Shown here: positions 8,836 through 18,148 of the stretch, piece by piece
How positions within the stretch are numbered: the first letter of the stretch is position 1
Layout of the letters: each line of letters begins with the position of its first letter
Origin: Candidatus Hecatella orcuttiae
Lineage (GTDB): Archaea > Thermoproteota > Bathyarchaeia > Hecatellales > Hecatellaceae
DNA length: 64,000 bases
Direction of reading: 5' to 3'
Assembly: GCA_002011035.2 (NCBI GenBank)
Contig: MTLY02000001.1
Span: forward strand, 160,001-224,000
Made by a program: the position numbers and the translations under genes
The notes under the pieces: model-generated
Database searches by the model: none
Told to the model about the DNA's origin: nothing
The model's input: the letters and a program-made list of their open reading frames with translations, nothing else

Positions 8836-9423
8836 TTGGGAAGACCGGAAACTTTAGGGGAACTCGGCCGTCACGTTTCTCAGAGGCTTTTGATAAAAGG
8901 CTTTAGAAAAGTGAAACTGAGCGCCTTGGAGAGCTTCCTCCCCCGGTTAAGGGAGACCGTGGGGGGTGCGAAGGTTCAGCTGTTTGACGCCGACAGGATT
9001 GGGGGGCGGAGGCATTTAGAGGCGGCTGTTTTGAACGCTGTGAGGGCTTTTCAAGACGGCTACAACATTTCCCGAAGCTTTCCTGTTGAGGTCATGGTGT
9101 ATGCGTCAGCCCAGAGGCAGATTGGAAAAGCCTTCCAACTGGTGGGGTTGAGGCCTGAAACCGAAAACGTGGCCGTCCTCATCTTCGAGGCGAAAAAATC
9201 GGAGGCTGAAAACCTTCTCAAAAGGCTTCATGAATTGATGGGCGGCAAAATGGATGACAGAGTGGTGAGCACTCCCAAGGGAAAACATCTCAAGGTTTTC
9301 AAAAGAATCTTCAACATATCTGATCGAGAGATCGAAGCGGTGAAGACGAGGGGAGAGAGCGAAGGGGAGGCTGCGGTGAAGATTGCCTTGGAGAAAGTGT
9401 CCCTCCTATCCGCTGGGAGGTAG
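8836..9423 (+). CDS. cgi121: KEOPS complex subunit Cgi121
   Basis: QLFDA..I.G..HL, E..VYASAQRQI.KA....GL. Confidence 0.88.
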   Translation: MGRPETLGELGRHVSQRLLIKGFRKVKLSALESFLPRLRETVGGAKVQLFDADRIGGRRHLEAAVLNAVRAFQDGYNISRSFPVEVMVYASAQRQIGKAFQLVGLRPETENVAVLIFEAKKSEAENLLKRLHELMGGKMDDRVVSTPKGKHLKVFKRIFNISDREIEAVKTRGESEGEAAVKIALEKVSLLSAGR

Positions 9424-9434
9424 AGGGCGCTGGG

Positions 9435-9953
9435 TTAGATTTTCTCCTTTGCCACCGACAGGATGTCTGAGGGCTTGAGGAGGGAAACGCCTGCCTTACT
9501 GCCCAGAACTTCGATGAGAAGAACCTTGTCTGGATGTTTCAAGTCCACTTTCCTGTTCACCTCCCTCGCAACGGCCTCGATGATTTCTGCACGGTGAAGG
9601 CTGGTGTATCTTTTTTCAACTTCAACCTTAAATTTTTCTTCTGCACCAATTTTGGAGGCCAGCTTCCGAGATGCGGCTGCGATTTCCTCCAAGTTTGCAG
9701 GAACAACTTCATGGATGGGGATCACCTTCAAAACATATCGGAACTCTTCAGGTCTTTCAGCCAAGAGAGCCTTCAACTTTTCCACTGTTTCCACAGCGTC
9801 CAGCCTCGTCCTAGCCACCACCAAACCTCGGATGGAAGTCCGGTCTACCTGAGCTTCGGGGTCTCCCACCTCTTTGAGGAGATACCAAGTTTCTGAGCAT
9901 GCTAAGCTTTCTTTCCCCCTCCAAGTGGAAATGAGAAGGTTGAAGTTTTCCAA
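9435..9953 (-). CDS. THUMP-domain RNA-binding protein
   Basis: FNLLIST.RG.E, LKVIPI, FKVEVEKR, KVDLKHPDKVLLIEVLG; TTG start at 9953 preferred. Confidence 0.88.
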   Translation of the reverse strand: MENFNLLISTWRGKESLACSETWYLLKEVGDPEAQVDRTSIRGLVVARTRLDAVETVEKLKALLAERPEEFRYVLKVIPIHEVVPANLEEIAAASRKLASKIGAEEKFKVEVEKRYTSLHRAEIIEAVAREVNRKVDLKHPDKVLLIEVLGSKAGVSLLKPSDILSVAKEKI

Positions 9954-9969
9954 ACCTTTCACCCGCCTA

Positions 9970-10590
9970 TCAAAGCTTCCCCAACACTTGGGAAAGCTCC
10001 TCCACATCCACCGCTCCCCTCCTCAGAACTTTAGGCTTCTCAGCTGAAAAATCCACTACGGTGGAGCCTACCCCGAGGGGGGTTCTTCCTCCGTTCAGGA
10101 TCATGTCCACCCTCCCTCCCAACTGGGCTGCGGCTTCTTCCGCCGTTTTAGGCGGGGTCTCCCCCGTCAGGTTGGCGCTGGTTCCCACTAAAGCTCCTCC
10201 GCAGAGTTCGATCAAGCTTAAAGCTATGGGGTGGCGGGGCACCCTCAAACCTATGAGGGAGGGGTCTCCGCCCAAACAGCTGGGCGCCTCCGGCTTCCGC
10301 CTCAACACCAAGGTCAGGGCGCCGGGCCAGAACTTTTTCGCCGCCTTCAACGCGGCTGGGGGAAAGTAGCCTAATCGACGGGCTTTTTCCAAGCTGGATA
10401 CCAGCAGAGGAAAGGGTTTCCCGGTTCTGCCTTTGACTCTGAAAGCTTTTAACACCGCCTCTTGGTTGTAGGGGTCGCAGCCTAACCCGTAGAGGGTGTC
10501 GGTTGGATAGACTACAAGGCCTCCTTTTTTCACGATTTCCGCCGCGGCCTTGAGGTTCTTTTTTGAAGTTGAACGCAAAAGTATTTTCAA
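9970..10590 (-). CDS. sua5: Threonylcarbamoyl-AMP synthase (Sua5/TsaC)
   Basis: VVYPTDTLYGLGCD, KGR, FWPGALT, GTSANLTG, GSTVVD; TTG start at 10590 preferred. Confidence 0.93.
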   Translation of the reverse strand: MKILLRSTSKKNLKAAAEIVKKGGLVVYPTDTLYGLGCDPYNQEAVLKAFRVKGRTGKPFPLLVSSLEKARRLGYFPPAALKAAKKFWPGALTLVLRRKPEAPSCLGGDPSLIGLRVPRHPIALSLIELCGGALVGTSANLTGETPPKTAEEAAAQLGGRVDMILNGGRTPLGVGSTVVDFSAEKPKVLRRGAVDVEELSQVLGKL

Positions 10591-10686
10591 AGGTATTCCT
10601 CGACGGGGTCCTGTTAAATTTAACCTATCGCTACCTGTTAAGGTTTCAGTCTTCTCTTGATTCTTCAAGGATATTAGCTAGTTGTT

Positions 10687-10833
10687 TGGTGCCGGGGGCG
10701 AGCTTCGAACTCGCGACCTTTCTCCGGCGGCTGCCTCTGGATTATGAGTTTCGCTCCCCTGCGCTGAACGTTGGGGTCCAGCGCTTTAGTCCAGCCCATT
10801 TTAAGGGGCTCTAACCAGCTGAGCCACCCCGGC
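10687..10833 (-). tRNA. Elongator tRNA-Met(CAT) with three non-canonical introns (22/23, 30/31, 43/44)
   Basis: Removing 10810-10786 (25 nt), 10777-10750 (28 nt) and 10736-10720 (17 nt) leaves a 77-nt cloverleaf GCCGGGG-TG-GCTC..GAGC-G-CTGGA-CTCATAA-TCCAG-AGGTC-GCGAG-TTCGAAG-CTCGC-CCCCGGC-ACCA; each junction forms a BHB-like motif. Confidence 0.9.
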
Positions 10834-10940
10834 ACTTCCTTTCAAGACAGGTGGGACAGGTGTTATAGAGTGAAACTAACGGTTATAAAAGTTTGGAAGA
10901 ATAATTATTTCATCAAACTTGGGGAGAGGGAGCTGTCGAG

Positions 10941-12161
10941 ATGGAGTATTTGACTCTCAACGATGTGGACACGGAGGATAAAACGGTTTTTTTGAGGCTT
11001 GACATAAACGTGCCCATCAACCCGGAAACAGGCCAGATTTTGAACGACGCGAGGATCAGGGCGGCTGTGCCTACGCTGAAAAACCTGAAAAACGCCCGCG
11101 TGGTTGTCGGCTCACATCAAAGCAGGCCGGGAAAAGACGATTTCATCTCTCTCCAAGCCCACGCTTTAGCCTTGAGGAAATATTTCGGGTGGAGAGTTAA
11201 ATTCATCGACGATGTCATCGGACCTAAGGCTAGGGAGGAGATCAGAAAAGTGGAGAAAGGGGAGGTTCTCGTCCTAGACAACCTCAGATTATGCTCTGAG
11301 GAAAACATTGAGGCTCCACCCGAGAAGCTGGTGAAAACAATCTTCATCCGAAGGCTGGCGCCCCTGTTTGACTTGTTCGTCAACGACGCCTTCGCCGCAG
11401 CCCACCGGAGCCAAGCTTCCATCGTCGGCTTCGCCGAGCTCATGCCTGCTGTGGCAGGTAAAACCATGGAAAGAGAGCTGAAGGCCTTGGAGGCCACCTT
11501 GGAAAAGCCCAAGAGGCCTTGTGTCTACGTCTTAGGCGGAATCAAGGTGGCGGACAGAATACCTGTCTTAGAAAACGTTCTTGGAAGCGGGGAGGCTGAC
11601 AAGATTCTCCTCGGAGGCTTGCTGGCTGAGTTCTTCCTCTACGCTGCCGGCCATAGGCTCGGCCAGAAAAACGAGGAGAAGCTGAAGGGGTTTCTCCCCC
11701 TCCTAGATAGGGCGAAAAAGCTTCTCGAAGCCTACAAAGACAGACTCATCTTACCCTCCGACCTAGCTGTTCTGGAGAACGGGGAGAGAGTTGAGAAACG
11801 TGTGAAAGAGTTTCCCCTGAACTCCGTGGCCCAAGACATAGGGGTGGATACGCTGGTTTCCTACAGGGGAATCATCAAAAAGGCGGGAACCGTCATCGCC
11901 GACGGCCCTGTGGGCGTCTTTGAAAAGGAACCCTTCAGCTTGGGCACTAGAGAGATCCTAGAGGCCATGGCGGAGAGCAACGCTTTCACCGTGGTGGGAG
12001 GCGGACATGTGGGCGGAGCCGCTGAGCTCATGGGGTTGAAGGAGAAAATCGGCCACATCAGCACAGGTGGGGGGGCCATGCTGGCCTACCTGTCCGGCCA
12101 AAAGCTCCCAGCTTTGGAGGCCCTAAAAAAGGCAGCCAGAAGGTTTAAAGGAAAAACATAA
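10941..12161 (+). CDS. pgk: Phosphoglycerate kinase
   Basis: RLDINVP, SHQSRPG, VNDAFAAAHRS, LGGIK, HISTGGGA. Confidence 0.97.
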   Translation: MEYLTLNDVDTEDKTVFLRLDINVPINPETGQILNDARIRAAVPTLKNLKNARVVVGSHQSRPGKDDFISLQAHALALRKYFGWRVKFIDDVIGPKAREEIRKVEKGEVLVLDNLRLCSEENIEAPPEKLVKTIFIRRLAPLFDLFVNDAFAAAHRSQASIVGFAELMPAVAGKTMERELKALEATLEKPKRPCVYVLGGIKVADRIPVLENVLGSGEADKILLGGLLAEFFLYAAGHRLGQKNEEKLKGFLPLLDRAKKLLEAYKDRLILPSDLAVLENGERVEKRVKEFPLNSVAQDIGVDTLVSYRGIIKKAGTVIADGPVGVFEKEPFSLGTREILEAMAESNAFTVVGGGHVGGAAELMGLKEKIGHISTGGGAMLAYLSGQKLPALEALKKAARRFKGKT

Positions 12162-12189
12162 AACCTTGAAAGCCCTCCACAGTGGAAGA

Positions 12190-12289
12190 GCCCCGGTAGC
12201 TAAGCCAGGTTATAGCGATGGCCTTGTATCCTCACCGTGCATTTTGAAAAGAAAGCCATCGGTCGAGGGTTCGAATCCCTCCCGGGGCT
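12190..12289 (+). tRNA. tRNA-Thr(TGT) with canonical 37/38 intron (12229-12253)
   Basis: GCCCCGG/CCGGGGC acceptor, ATGGC-CT-TGT-A[25 nt]A-GCCAT, GTTCGAATC; U discriminator. Confidence 0.92.
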
Positions 12290-12384
12290 CATTTCCCTAC
12301 AAGGGTGAGAGTGCGCTCGTCTCCCGTGGTTGAAAAGGTTTTTTAAGGTTACCTTCCAGTTTATAGCTTAGGAAGAAAAAGGGA

Positions 12385-12627
12385 ATGCCAAGAATACAGA
12401 TCAACTTGGAATTGTGCGACGGATGCGGAACCTGCGTTTACGTCTGCCCTGCATCCGTTTTAGAACCCCACGGCAGAAAAGTGAAGGTTGCAAACCCTGA
12501 AGCCTGCTTGGGAATACGGGCGAAAAATATCTGCGCTGAGTGCATGGAGAAAGAAGAGTCATGCTTAGGGTGTCTTGCCTGCGTTAAAACATGCCCTACA
12601 GCCGCCATTGAAATATTCGAAGCCTAA
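12385..12627 (+). CDS. 2x[4Fe-4S] ferredoxin with a Cys-containing insertion
   Basis: CDGCGTCVYVCP and CLGCLACVKTCP plus extra CLG..ICAEC segment. Confidence 0.85.
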   Translation: MPRIQINLELCDGCGTCVYVCPASVLEPHGRKVKVANPEACLGIRAKNICAECMEKEESCLGCLACVKTCPTAAIEIFEA

Positions 12628-12808
12628 ACAGGCATCCTCAGTTCCACCTTAATTAATCTCCTTATCCGCCAGCTTCTTGAAAAGCGGCCATATATGGCAT
12701 GATTTTTATCGGATGGGAAATCACGAGGTCTGCCGCGTGGTTAGCATATAGCTTCTGTTTCCTCTGTTCCTTAGAGGGCTTTGACCTAGAATAACGCCTA
12801 TAAGGCGG

Positions 12809-13873
12809 TTAAGAGGACAGTAGGCAGGCTGGTTTTTTGCCCAGAAGCTCGGCGGCTGTGGTGACTTTTTTCCCCTCCTTTTTCGCCGTCTCCCAGATGG
12901 GGCGGGTTCTTTCCATAAACTTCGACTCCCGGGGTAAGTGGTGGTCGTAGATGAGGAGACGGCAGGAGGGGGTTTCTCTCACGATCTTTAACGCGTTCTG
13001 GAGGGTTCGGTTGAAGTTGATGAGGTTGAGGGTGTAGCCGAGCATGTAGGTCATGGGGCCGTCTAGAAAAAGCACATGAGGGTCTTCCTCCGCTATCCAC
13101 TGGGCATAGTCTTCGATGACGGGGCCGTTGAGGTCTGAAGAGTGAATGAGCTTTTCGCCGCCATGCTCCACCACGATGGAGAAAATCCAGCCTACCCTCG
13201 AATATTCGATGCCGTGAAAGAGAGGCCCCTTAAACCTCAGCCTCGTCCCTCCGAATCTGAATTCTCTGCCCTCCGGGAAGACCACCTGGGTTTTTCCGAA
13301 TTTAAGCTCTGGGATGACCCTGTATTTTCTCCACTTGTTCACCCTTGCTTTGAACCATTTTTCTCCCGCCTTCAACAAGGCCTTCCGCCTTTCACCGTAG
13401 TCCCCGAAATCTTTCTCTCTGGAGAGAACTAGGCTGTCCCGCGGGTCGACGTATTCTTGGGGCTGCGGTTCTTCCAGGGTTTCCTCCAATCTGACTCCTC
13501 CCAGCTCTGCGCAGAAATGTTGAAAAAACTGCTCAGCCCTGCTTCTCTGGGAGTCGTTGATGTAGCAGTTGGGGTTTTTGGCGAAGAGAAGCTTGTTTCT
13601 GTAAAGGCCTCCCTCAAAGTCGATGAAATGGTCGTAGTGATAATGGGAAAGGGTCACCAGGTCTGCTTTTCTCGCGGCGGAGCGGATGGCCTTCCCAGCT
13701 GCTTCATACCAGCGGAGTTTCTGCTCTTCTGAGGCTGGGAAGCCGGGGTGCATAACCGCCACTCCGGGGTCGATGATGAGCTTTACATCCGGTGTTTTAA
13801 CCAAGACGCAGGAGGACTTGGCTCCCAGAGAATCAAACCATACAATCTCGAAGCGAATATATTTCATATCCAC
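12809..13873 (-). CDS. Metallo-beta-lactamase-fold hydrolase (UPF0282-like)
   Basis: DSLGAKS, IDPG, SHYHYDH, FHG, HSSDL.GP, DHHL.R. Confidence 0.85.
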   Translation of the reverse strand: MDMKYIRFEIVWFDSLGAKSSCVLVKTPDVKLIIDPGVAVMHPGFPASEEQKLRWYEAAGKAIRSAARKADLVTLSHYHYDHFIDFEGGLYRNKLLFAKNPNCYINDSQRSRAEQFFQHFCAELGGVRLEETLEEPQPQEYVDPRDSLVLSREKDFGDYGERRKALLKAGEKWFKARVNKWRKYRVIPELKFGKTQVVFPEGREFRFGGTRLRFKGPLFHGIEYSRVGWIFSIVVEHGGEKLIHSSDLNGPVIEDYAQWIAEEDPHVLFLDGPMTYMLGYTLNLINFNRTLQNALKIVRETPSCRLLIYDHHLPRESKFMERTRPIWETAKKEGKKVTTAAELLGKKPACLLSS

Positions 13874-13984
13874 ATAGAGGAGGAGGCAGCTGATAAGTTA
13901 AGGCCTTTTCGCCAATTTTAATTCAGAAACCTGAAAGCCGAATCCGCGCCCTCTACACGAAGCTGACCGGTTTCTGGACCGGGT

Positions 13985-14827
13985 TTAGGGGAAGCCTAGG
14001 GAGTAGGGCTGGTTTATAGCGATACCGCCCACACCCACCTGTAAGTCGACATCCAGCCGGGTAGGAGCTTCTTCGTAGCCGGGGGTTCTTATCTCGCTTT
14101 CCAAGGCTGTGCTCTTGACCACCTGGAAGCCTCGGCTGTTTAGGGCTATCCCCCCTGTGTCTACGAGAGCGGTAAGCCGTCCTCCAGCGGGAGGAGTGAG
14201 GGTGAAACTTTCCAGCTGGATACCGCCTACTTCAACCCTAGCGGAGACCAGGGCGTTTTCTTGAAGATTCGGCCTTTCAACTTTCAGCCTTATTCCCCCC
14301 GTGTTCGCCCTCAGCTCTAGGCGGTTGAAGGATGCACCTTCTAAAGCTTCCAAGGATGTGCCTCCAAGATAGGCGACGTGAAGCTTAAGGCTGTCCACGG
14401 TGGAATCCTCCGTTAGCCTGACGGAAACACCGCCCACACCTACCTCCACAGCGAGGCTGTAGACTTGTCCGCTGCCGAGGATCACCTCGAACTCACCCTC
14501 CTCGGCGAAAACCTTCACTGCCAGCACGCCATCCATCTGGGTATAGGAGATGCTAGGTTCAGGAATGTTGTTGCCTTTAACTATGATTTTGTAGAGGAGA
14601 CCCGCGTCTTCGACGAAGGACATGTTAACTCCACCCCTCTTCACCGTCATGTCAAACTGAACATGAACCACCTCCCCAACCAGCCGAGGCTTGGTGAGGG
14701 CGTATTCCCTGAAAGCTTCAGGTTTCCTCTCAACTCCCATGGCAGTGTAGACTGAAGCTGCAGTATAAGCTAGGGAAAGGAGGAGAAGCCCTATGATCAC
14801 GGACCCTAGGATGGGGGAGCCTTTCAC
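13985..14827 (-). CDS. Membrane-anchored beta-repeat protein of unknown function (adhesin/LiaF-like)
   Basis: GTG start overlaps the upstream stop (GTGA); one N-terminal TM helix then repeated VxVGxGGIxL strands. Confidence 0.55.
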   Translation of the reverse strand: MKGSPILGSVIIGLLLLSLAYTAASVYTAMGVERKPEAFREYALTKPRLVGEVVHVQFDMTVKRGGVNMSFVEDAGLLYKIIVKGNNIPEPSISYTQMDGVLAVKVFAEEGEFEVILGSGQVYSLAVEVGVGGVSVRLTEDSTVDSLKLHVAYLGGTSLEALEGASFNRLELRANTGGIRLKVERPNLQENALVSARVEVGGIQLESFTLTPPAGGRLTALVDTGGIALNSRGFQVVKSTALESEIRTPGYEEAPTRLDVDLQVGVGGIAINQPYSLGFP

Positions 14828-15468
14828 CCCCAGAAACCTCCCCACATCAGAGGAGCCGCCCAAGTTAACCCAGTGAAGAGGACGAGGTAAACCAAGAGAG
14901 GCGCCACGAAGGCGGAGACAAAGGCTCTTCCAAAGCTGATGCGGTGGCTTCTCTCTACGGCTATCACCAAAAGAAGCACCGTCCAGAAGACGGCTGTCAG
15001 CCCTAAGAATGCAGCGTAGGGCAAGAGGAAAAGATTCAACCACCCCAGCGCCAAGCCTACTGCGACGAGGAAAAACGGTGTAGCCGCGTAGCCTTGGAGA
15101 GTGAAAACCTGAGCAAAGGAGCCTTCCCCGCCGAAGACCACCCGGGCGCAGAAATGGGAAATGGCCGAGGATATCAGCCAGAATAGGAGAACACAGACGA
15201 AGCTGAGCACACCCAAGGCGATGGGGAAAATGAAGAAAAGCTGAACTGCCGCCTGCGGGAAGACGGCGCCTCCCAACCATGGACCCGTGGAGGCGAAAAA
15301 GGCCGCTGCCAGTTTGGCTATGCCCATGCCCGCCATTCCCCCTAGGATGCCGAAGATGAGGGCAACCGCTGCCAGCGCCCCCAAGAAGCTTGCACCTTCG
15401 TCAAGCATTCGGTCGAAGGTGTGAATGGGTTCGATGAGGGTTCCGCCTAACTTTGACAGAAAACCCAT
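14824..15468 (-). CDS. Yip1-domain membrane protein
   Basis: L..P..TF start motif, FGGEGSF.Q.....GYA.TP, about 5 TM helices; ATG at 15468 preferred. Confidence 0.8.
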   Translation of the reverse strand: MGFLSKLGGTLIEPIHTFDRMLDEGASFLGALAAVALIFGILGGMAGMGIAKLAAAFFASTGPWLGGAVFPQAAVQLFFIFPIALGVLSFVCVLLFWLISSAISHFCARVVFGGEGSFAQVFTLQGYAATPFFLVAVGLALGWLNLFLLPYAAFLGLTAVFWTVLLLVIAVERSHRISFGRAFVSAFVAPLLVYLVLFTGLTWAAPLMWGGFWG

Positions 15469-15681
15469 CCGCAGATCAGCCGAAAGTGGCTGTTGAGGGT
15501 TTCCCGAAGACATTTCAACCATACTTGTTAAGGGGCTGTAAAGTATAAAAAATTCTTCCCCCTCCATTCCCGCTAAACAGAACGGGAGTCTTGGGGAGAA
15601 GCTAAGCCTCCAACCTACTCCTAAGCCGGTTCGAAGGGGGAGAGACGCTGGTTTTAAAAATTCTCCGCCCAAACAAATCAT

Positions 15682-16455
15682 ATGGTGACCGGATTGAGCC
15701 CTCCCCAAGGTTTCGAAGCTAACTTTATCGAAAAAGCTTTGGAGGGTATTAAAGACAGACTGCTGAGAGATAAGGCCCTTACAGGGAGAACCTTCGTGTT
15801 CAGGGACAGAATCCACGCTGGCATGCTTTTAGCTGAAAAGCTTAAAGAAAGCGGCATTGAGGACTCTTTTATATTAGCGGTGCCCAGCGGCGGAGTTCCC
15901 GTAGGCCGCATGGTAGCGGAAAAATTGAGAGCCCCTCTCGACTTGGCTATCTGCCGAAAACTTCCAGTTCCCTCCAATCCTGAAGCAGGCTTCGGAGCCG
16001 TGGCTCCTGACGGAACCTTGGCGTTGAATCAGCCTTTGGTCAGGGGACTCGGCTTAACCGAAGAAGAAATCAGTAGAACGGTTTCCCGAGTCTTGGAGGA
16101 GATTAGGAGGAGGGATCAGGTCTTTAGGCAGGGGAAGCCCTTCCCTGACATGGCCGGTAAGTCTGTGGTCTTGGTCGACGATGGGCTGGCTTCTGGCTAT
16201 ACCATGCTGGTGGCTGCCATGTTCTTGAGGAAAAGGAACGCTGGCAGAATAACCGTGGCCGTCCCCACGGGCTCGGTGGATGCTTTAATGCTGGTCGCCC
16301 CGCAGGCAGATTTGATATGCTGCCTCAACATACGAAGCAGCCTCTTCGGCTTCGCCGTAGCTGACGCCTACGAGCACTGGTACGACCTAGATGACGGAGA
16401 AGTCCTGAGACATCTTCAAGAAGCTCGAAAAATTCATCAGCTTAACCCTACTTGA
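15682..16455 (+). CDS. Type I phosphoribosyltransferase-family protein
   Basis: FRDR..AG..LA, LAVPSGGVPV, VVLVDDGLASGYT PRPP-binding loop. Confidence 0.9.
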   Translation: MVTGLSPPQGFEANFIEKALEGIKDRLLRDKALTGRTFVFRDRIHAGMLLAEKLKESGIEDSFILAVPSGGVPVGRMVAEKLRAPLDLAICRKLPVPSNPEAGFGAVAPDGTLALNQPLVRGLGLTEEEISRTVSRVLEEIRRRDQVFRQGKPFPDMAGKSVVLVDDGLASGYTMLVAAMFLRKRNAGRITVAVPTGSVDALMLVAPQADLICCLNIRSSLFGFAVADAYEHWYDLDDGEVLRHLQEARKIHQLNPT

Positions 16456-16465
16456 AGTAAACTTT

Positions 16466-16726
16466 CTACTTTTCTCCTTTTCTAGCTTGGATGGCTAGGA
16501 GGAGTTCTTCCGGCTGGGGTATACGTCCTGATAGGAGGAGCTTCCCGTCGACCACGAAGGCTGGGCTTACCTTAACTCCGTAGCGAGATGCTTCTTGGGC
16601 TAGGCCTCGGTGGACTTCGATTTCAACTTCCGAACCGTACTTCCTCTTCACTTCTTCGATGAGGGTGAGAATTTTACCCCAATAGCAGAGAGGTTGGCAG
16701 GTGAAGACTTCAAACTTGGTGACCAT
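16466..16726 (-). CDS. Small thioredoxin-like protein (CxxxC)
   Basis: EVFTCQPLC, YGVKVSPAFVVDGKL..SGRIP; ATG at 16726 preferred. Confidence 0.75.
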   Translation of the reverse strand: MVTKFEVFTCQPLCYWGKILTLIEEVKRKYGSEVEIEVHRGLAQEASRYGVKVSPAFVVDGKLLLSGRIPQPEELLLAIQARKGEK

Positions 16727-16780
16727 TGAAAACTTCAGACCCCTTTCTCTTCCCCGGCGGCCTGTTTGTTTCATAAACTA

Positions 16781-16840
16781 GGGGCTCTGTTCTGGTGTCA
16801 CTCTTCACAGGTCCGCAATACCAGCTTTCATCATTGCCTA
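16781..16840 (-). ncRNA. Double-guide box C/D sRNA, predicted target 16S rRNA helix 18
   Basis: GGC-A-ATGATGA(C)-AAGCTGGTATTG-CGGA(D')-CCT-GTGAAGA(C')-GTGACACCAGAA-CAGA(D)-GCC; both 12-nt guides complement adjacent conserved archaeal 16S segments UCUGGUGUCA and UAAUACCAGC. Confidence 0.85.
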
Positions 16841-16887
16841 AGCTCTATGGGCGCGGGGTTCCCCAAATAGTTTTCGCGCATTCCAGC

Positions 16888-17211
16888 CTAGCCTATGGAG
16901 ATGATTCTGTCGGATTCTTCCACCAGTTTCAGCAAGTCGGCCATGGTGGACACAGGGCAAAGCTCCACGGTGTCTTTCCCTCTCAACTTCAGACAGGTTC
17001 CGCAGGCTAGAATTTCCCCCTTTTCCTTGAGAAACTGGGTGAGCTTGTTTTTTACGTCGAATTTTTCGTCGCCGATTTCCTCCAGTTCAACCCCTTTTCC
17101 CAGCAGGAAAATCCTTGTTTCATGCCCCTTCGCCAAGGAGGTGATGCCGAGCCTGAGGGCGTTCCACACCTTCTCAGCGTCGTTGGTTTCGATGATGATG
17201 CCTATCTTCAT
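16888..17211 (-). CDS. DsrE-family protein
   Basis: E..WNALRL, IFLLGKGVE, ILACGTCLKLR, CPVSTM.DL. Confidence 0.88.
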   Translation of the reverse strand: MKIGIIIETNDAEKVWNALRLGITSLAKGHETRIFLLGKGVELEEIGDEKFDVKNKLTQFLKEKGEILACGTCLKLRGKDTVELCPVSTMADLLKLVEESDRIISIG

Positions 17212-17401
17212 GGTCATCAATCTTTTATAGATTGTATATTTATTATTTTTATTTACATATAAATTGACCGCGCATTAACTGAAAAACCCATTAAAATCCT
17301 TTCAGATGTCATTTAGCAATAAACCTAAATTTCTTTTCGCCCCTGATAGTTAGAATTTGATGGGCTTAAGCCTCTAACCGTTAAAAAGGCAGGGGAAAAA
17401 C

Positions 17402-18127
17402 ATGCAAAGAAAAGGGTTAAAGATTTCTGCCAGCTGCAGAGTGGAAGCAGGGAGTAAACTGTATGGAAAGATCCGCCTTGGAGAACGGGTCAAGGTGGAT
17501 TTTAACGTTCAAATCTACGGTCCAGCCCGCATAGGCGACGGCTCCTACTTGGGGGCTCACAGCATCGTAGGCTATCCTCCCCGAAAGGACTTGAAATCTA
17601 TCCTGGTAGACGAAGGATGGAAGGAGGAGACTGAAAACAGAAGACCTGTGAAGCTGGGTAAAAACGTCATCGTAAGGCCCAGCTGCACTATCTACTCTGA
17701 CGTGGAGCTGGGAGATGGAGTGGAGCTGGGCCACAGCGTCCTTTTAAGAGAGGGCGTAGTGGTGGGAGAAGACACCCTCATTGGCAGCGGGGTGGTGGTC
17801 GACGGCCACTGCCATATCGGCGCCCATGTGTCCATTCAGACAGGCGCCTACCTGTCCGCCTACAGCAGAATAGAGTCCCGCGCCTTCCTAGGGCCCCGCT
17901 GCGTCCTCCTCAACGACAAATACATGAAGTGGAAGACTACCCCTCTGCGAGGGCCCGTGGTGGGGGAGGCTGCGAGCATTGGGGGAAACGCCGTGCTCAT
18001 GCCTGCGGTAAGGGTGGGAAAGAAGGCAGTGGTGGCCGCGGGGGCTGTGGTCACGGAGAACGTGGCGGCTAAAACCATCGTAGCCGGGGTTCCTGCCAGA
18101 AAAATAGGCACCACCTCCGACAAATAG
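17402..18127 (+). CDS. Hexapeptide-repeat (left-handed beta-helix) acyltransferase
   Basis: Repeated [LIV]-G-x4 hexapeptides; FLGP...LNDKY; VAGVPAR. Confidence 0.88.
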   Translation: MQRKGLKISASCRVEAGSKLYGKIRLGERVKVDFNVQIYGPARIGDGSYLGAHSIVGYPPRKDLKSILVDEGWKEETENRRPVKLGKNVIVRPSCTIYSDVELGDGVELGHSVLLREGVVVGEDTLIGSGVVVDGHCHIGAHVSIQTGAYLSAYSRIESRAFLGPRCVLLNDKYMKWKTTPLRGPVVGEAASIGGNAVLMPAVRVGKKAVVAAGAVVTENVAAKTIVAGVPARKIGTTSDK

Positions 18128-18148
18128 TCTGGATTGAAGCTCACCAGT

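Noticed and set aside
15553-15600. Hairpin between the Yip1 and phosphoribosyltransferase genes as an H/ACA RNA
   Set aside because: No ACA box or K-turn/K-loop at the expected positions
13985-15816. Long versions of the two overlapping ORFs (431 and 330 aa)
   Set aside because: N-terminal extensions are shadow frames; starts at 14827 and 15468 give a clean two-gene unit. The same applies to the extended starts at 39355, 39641, 45883 and 49539
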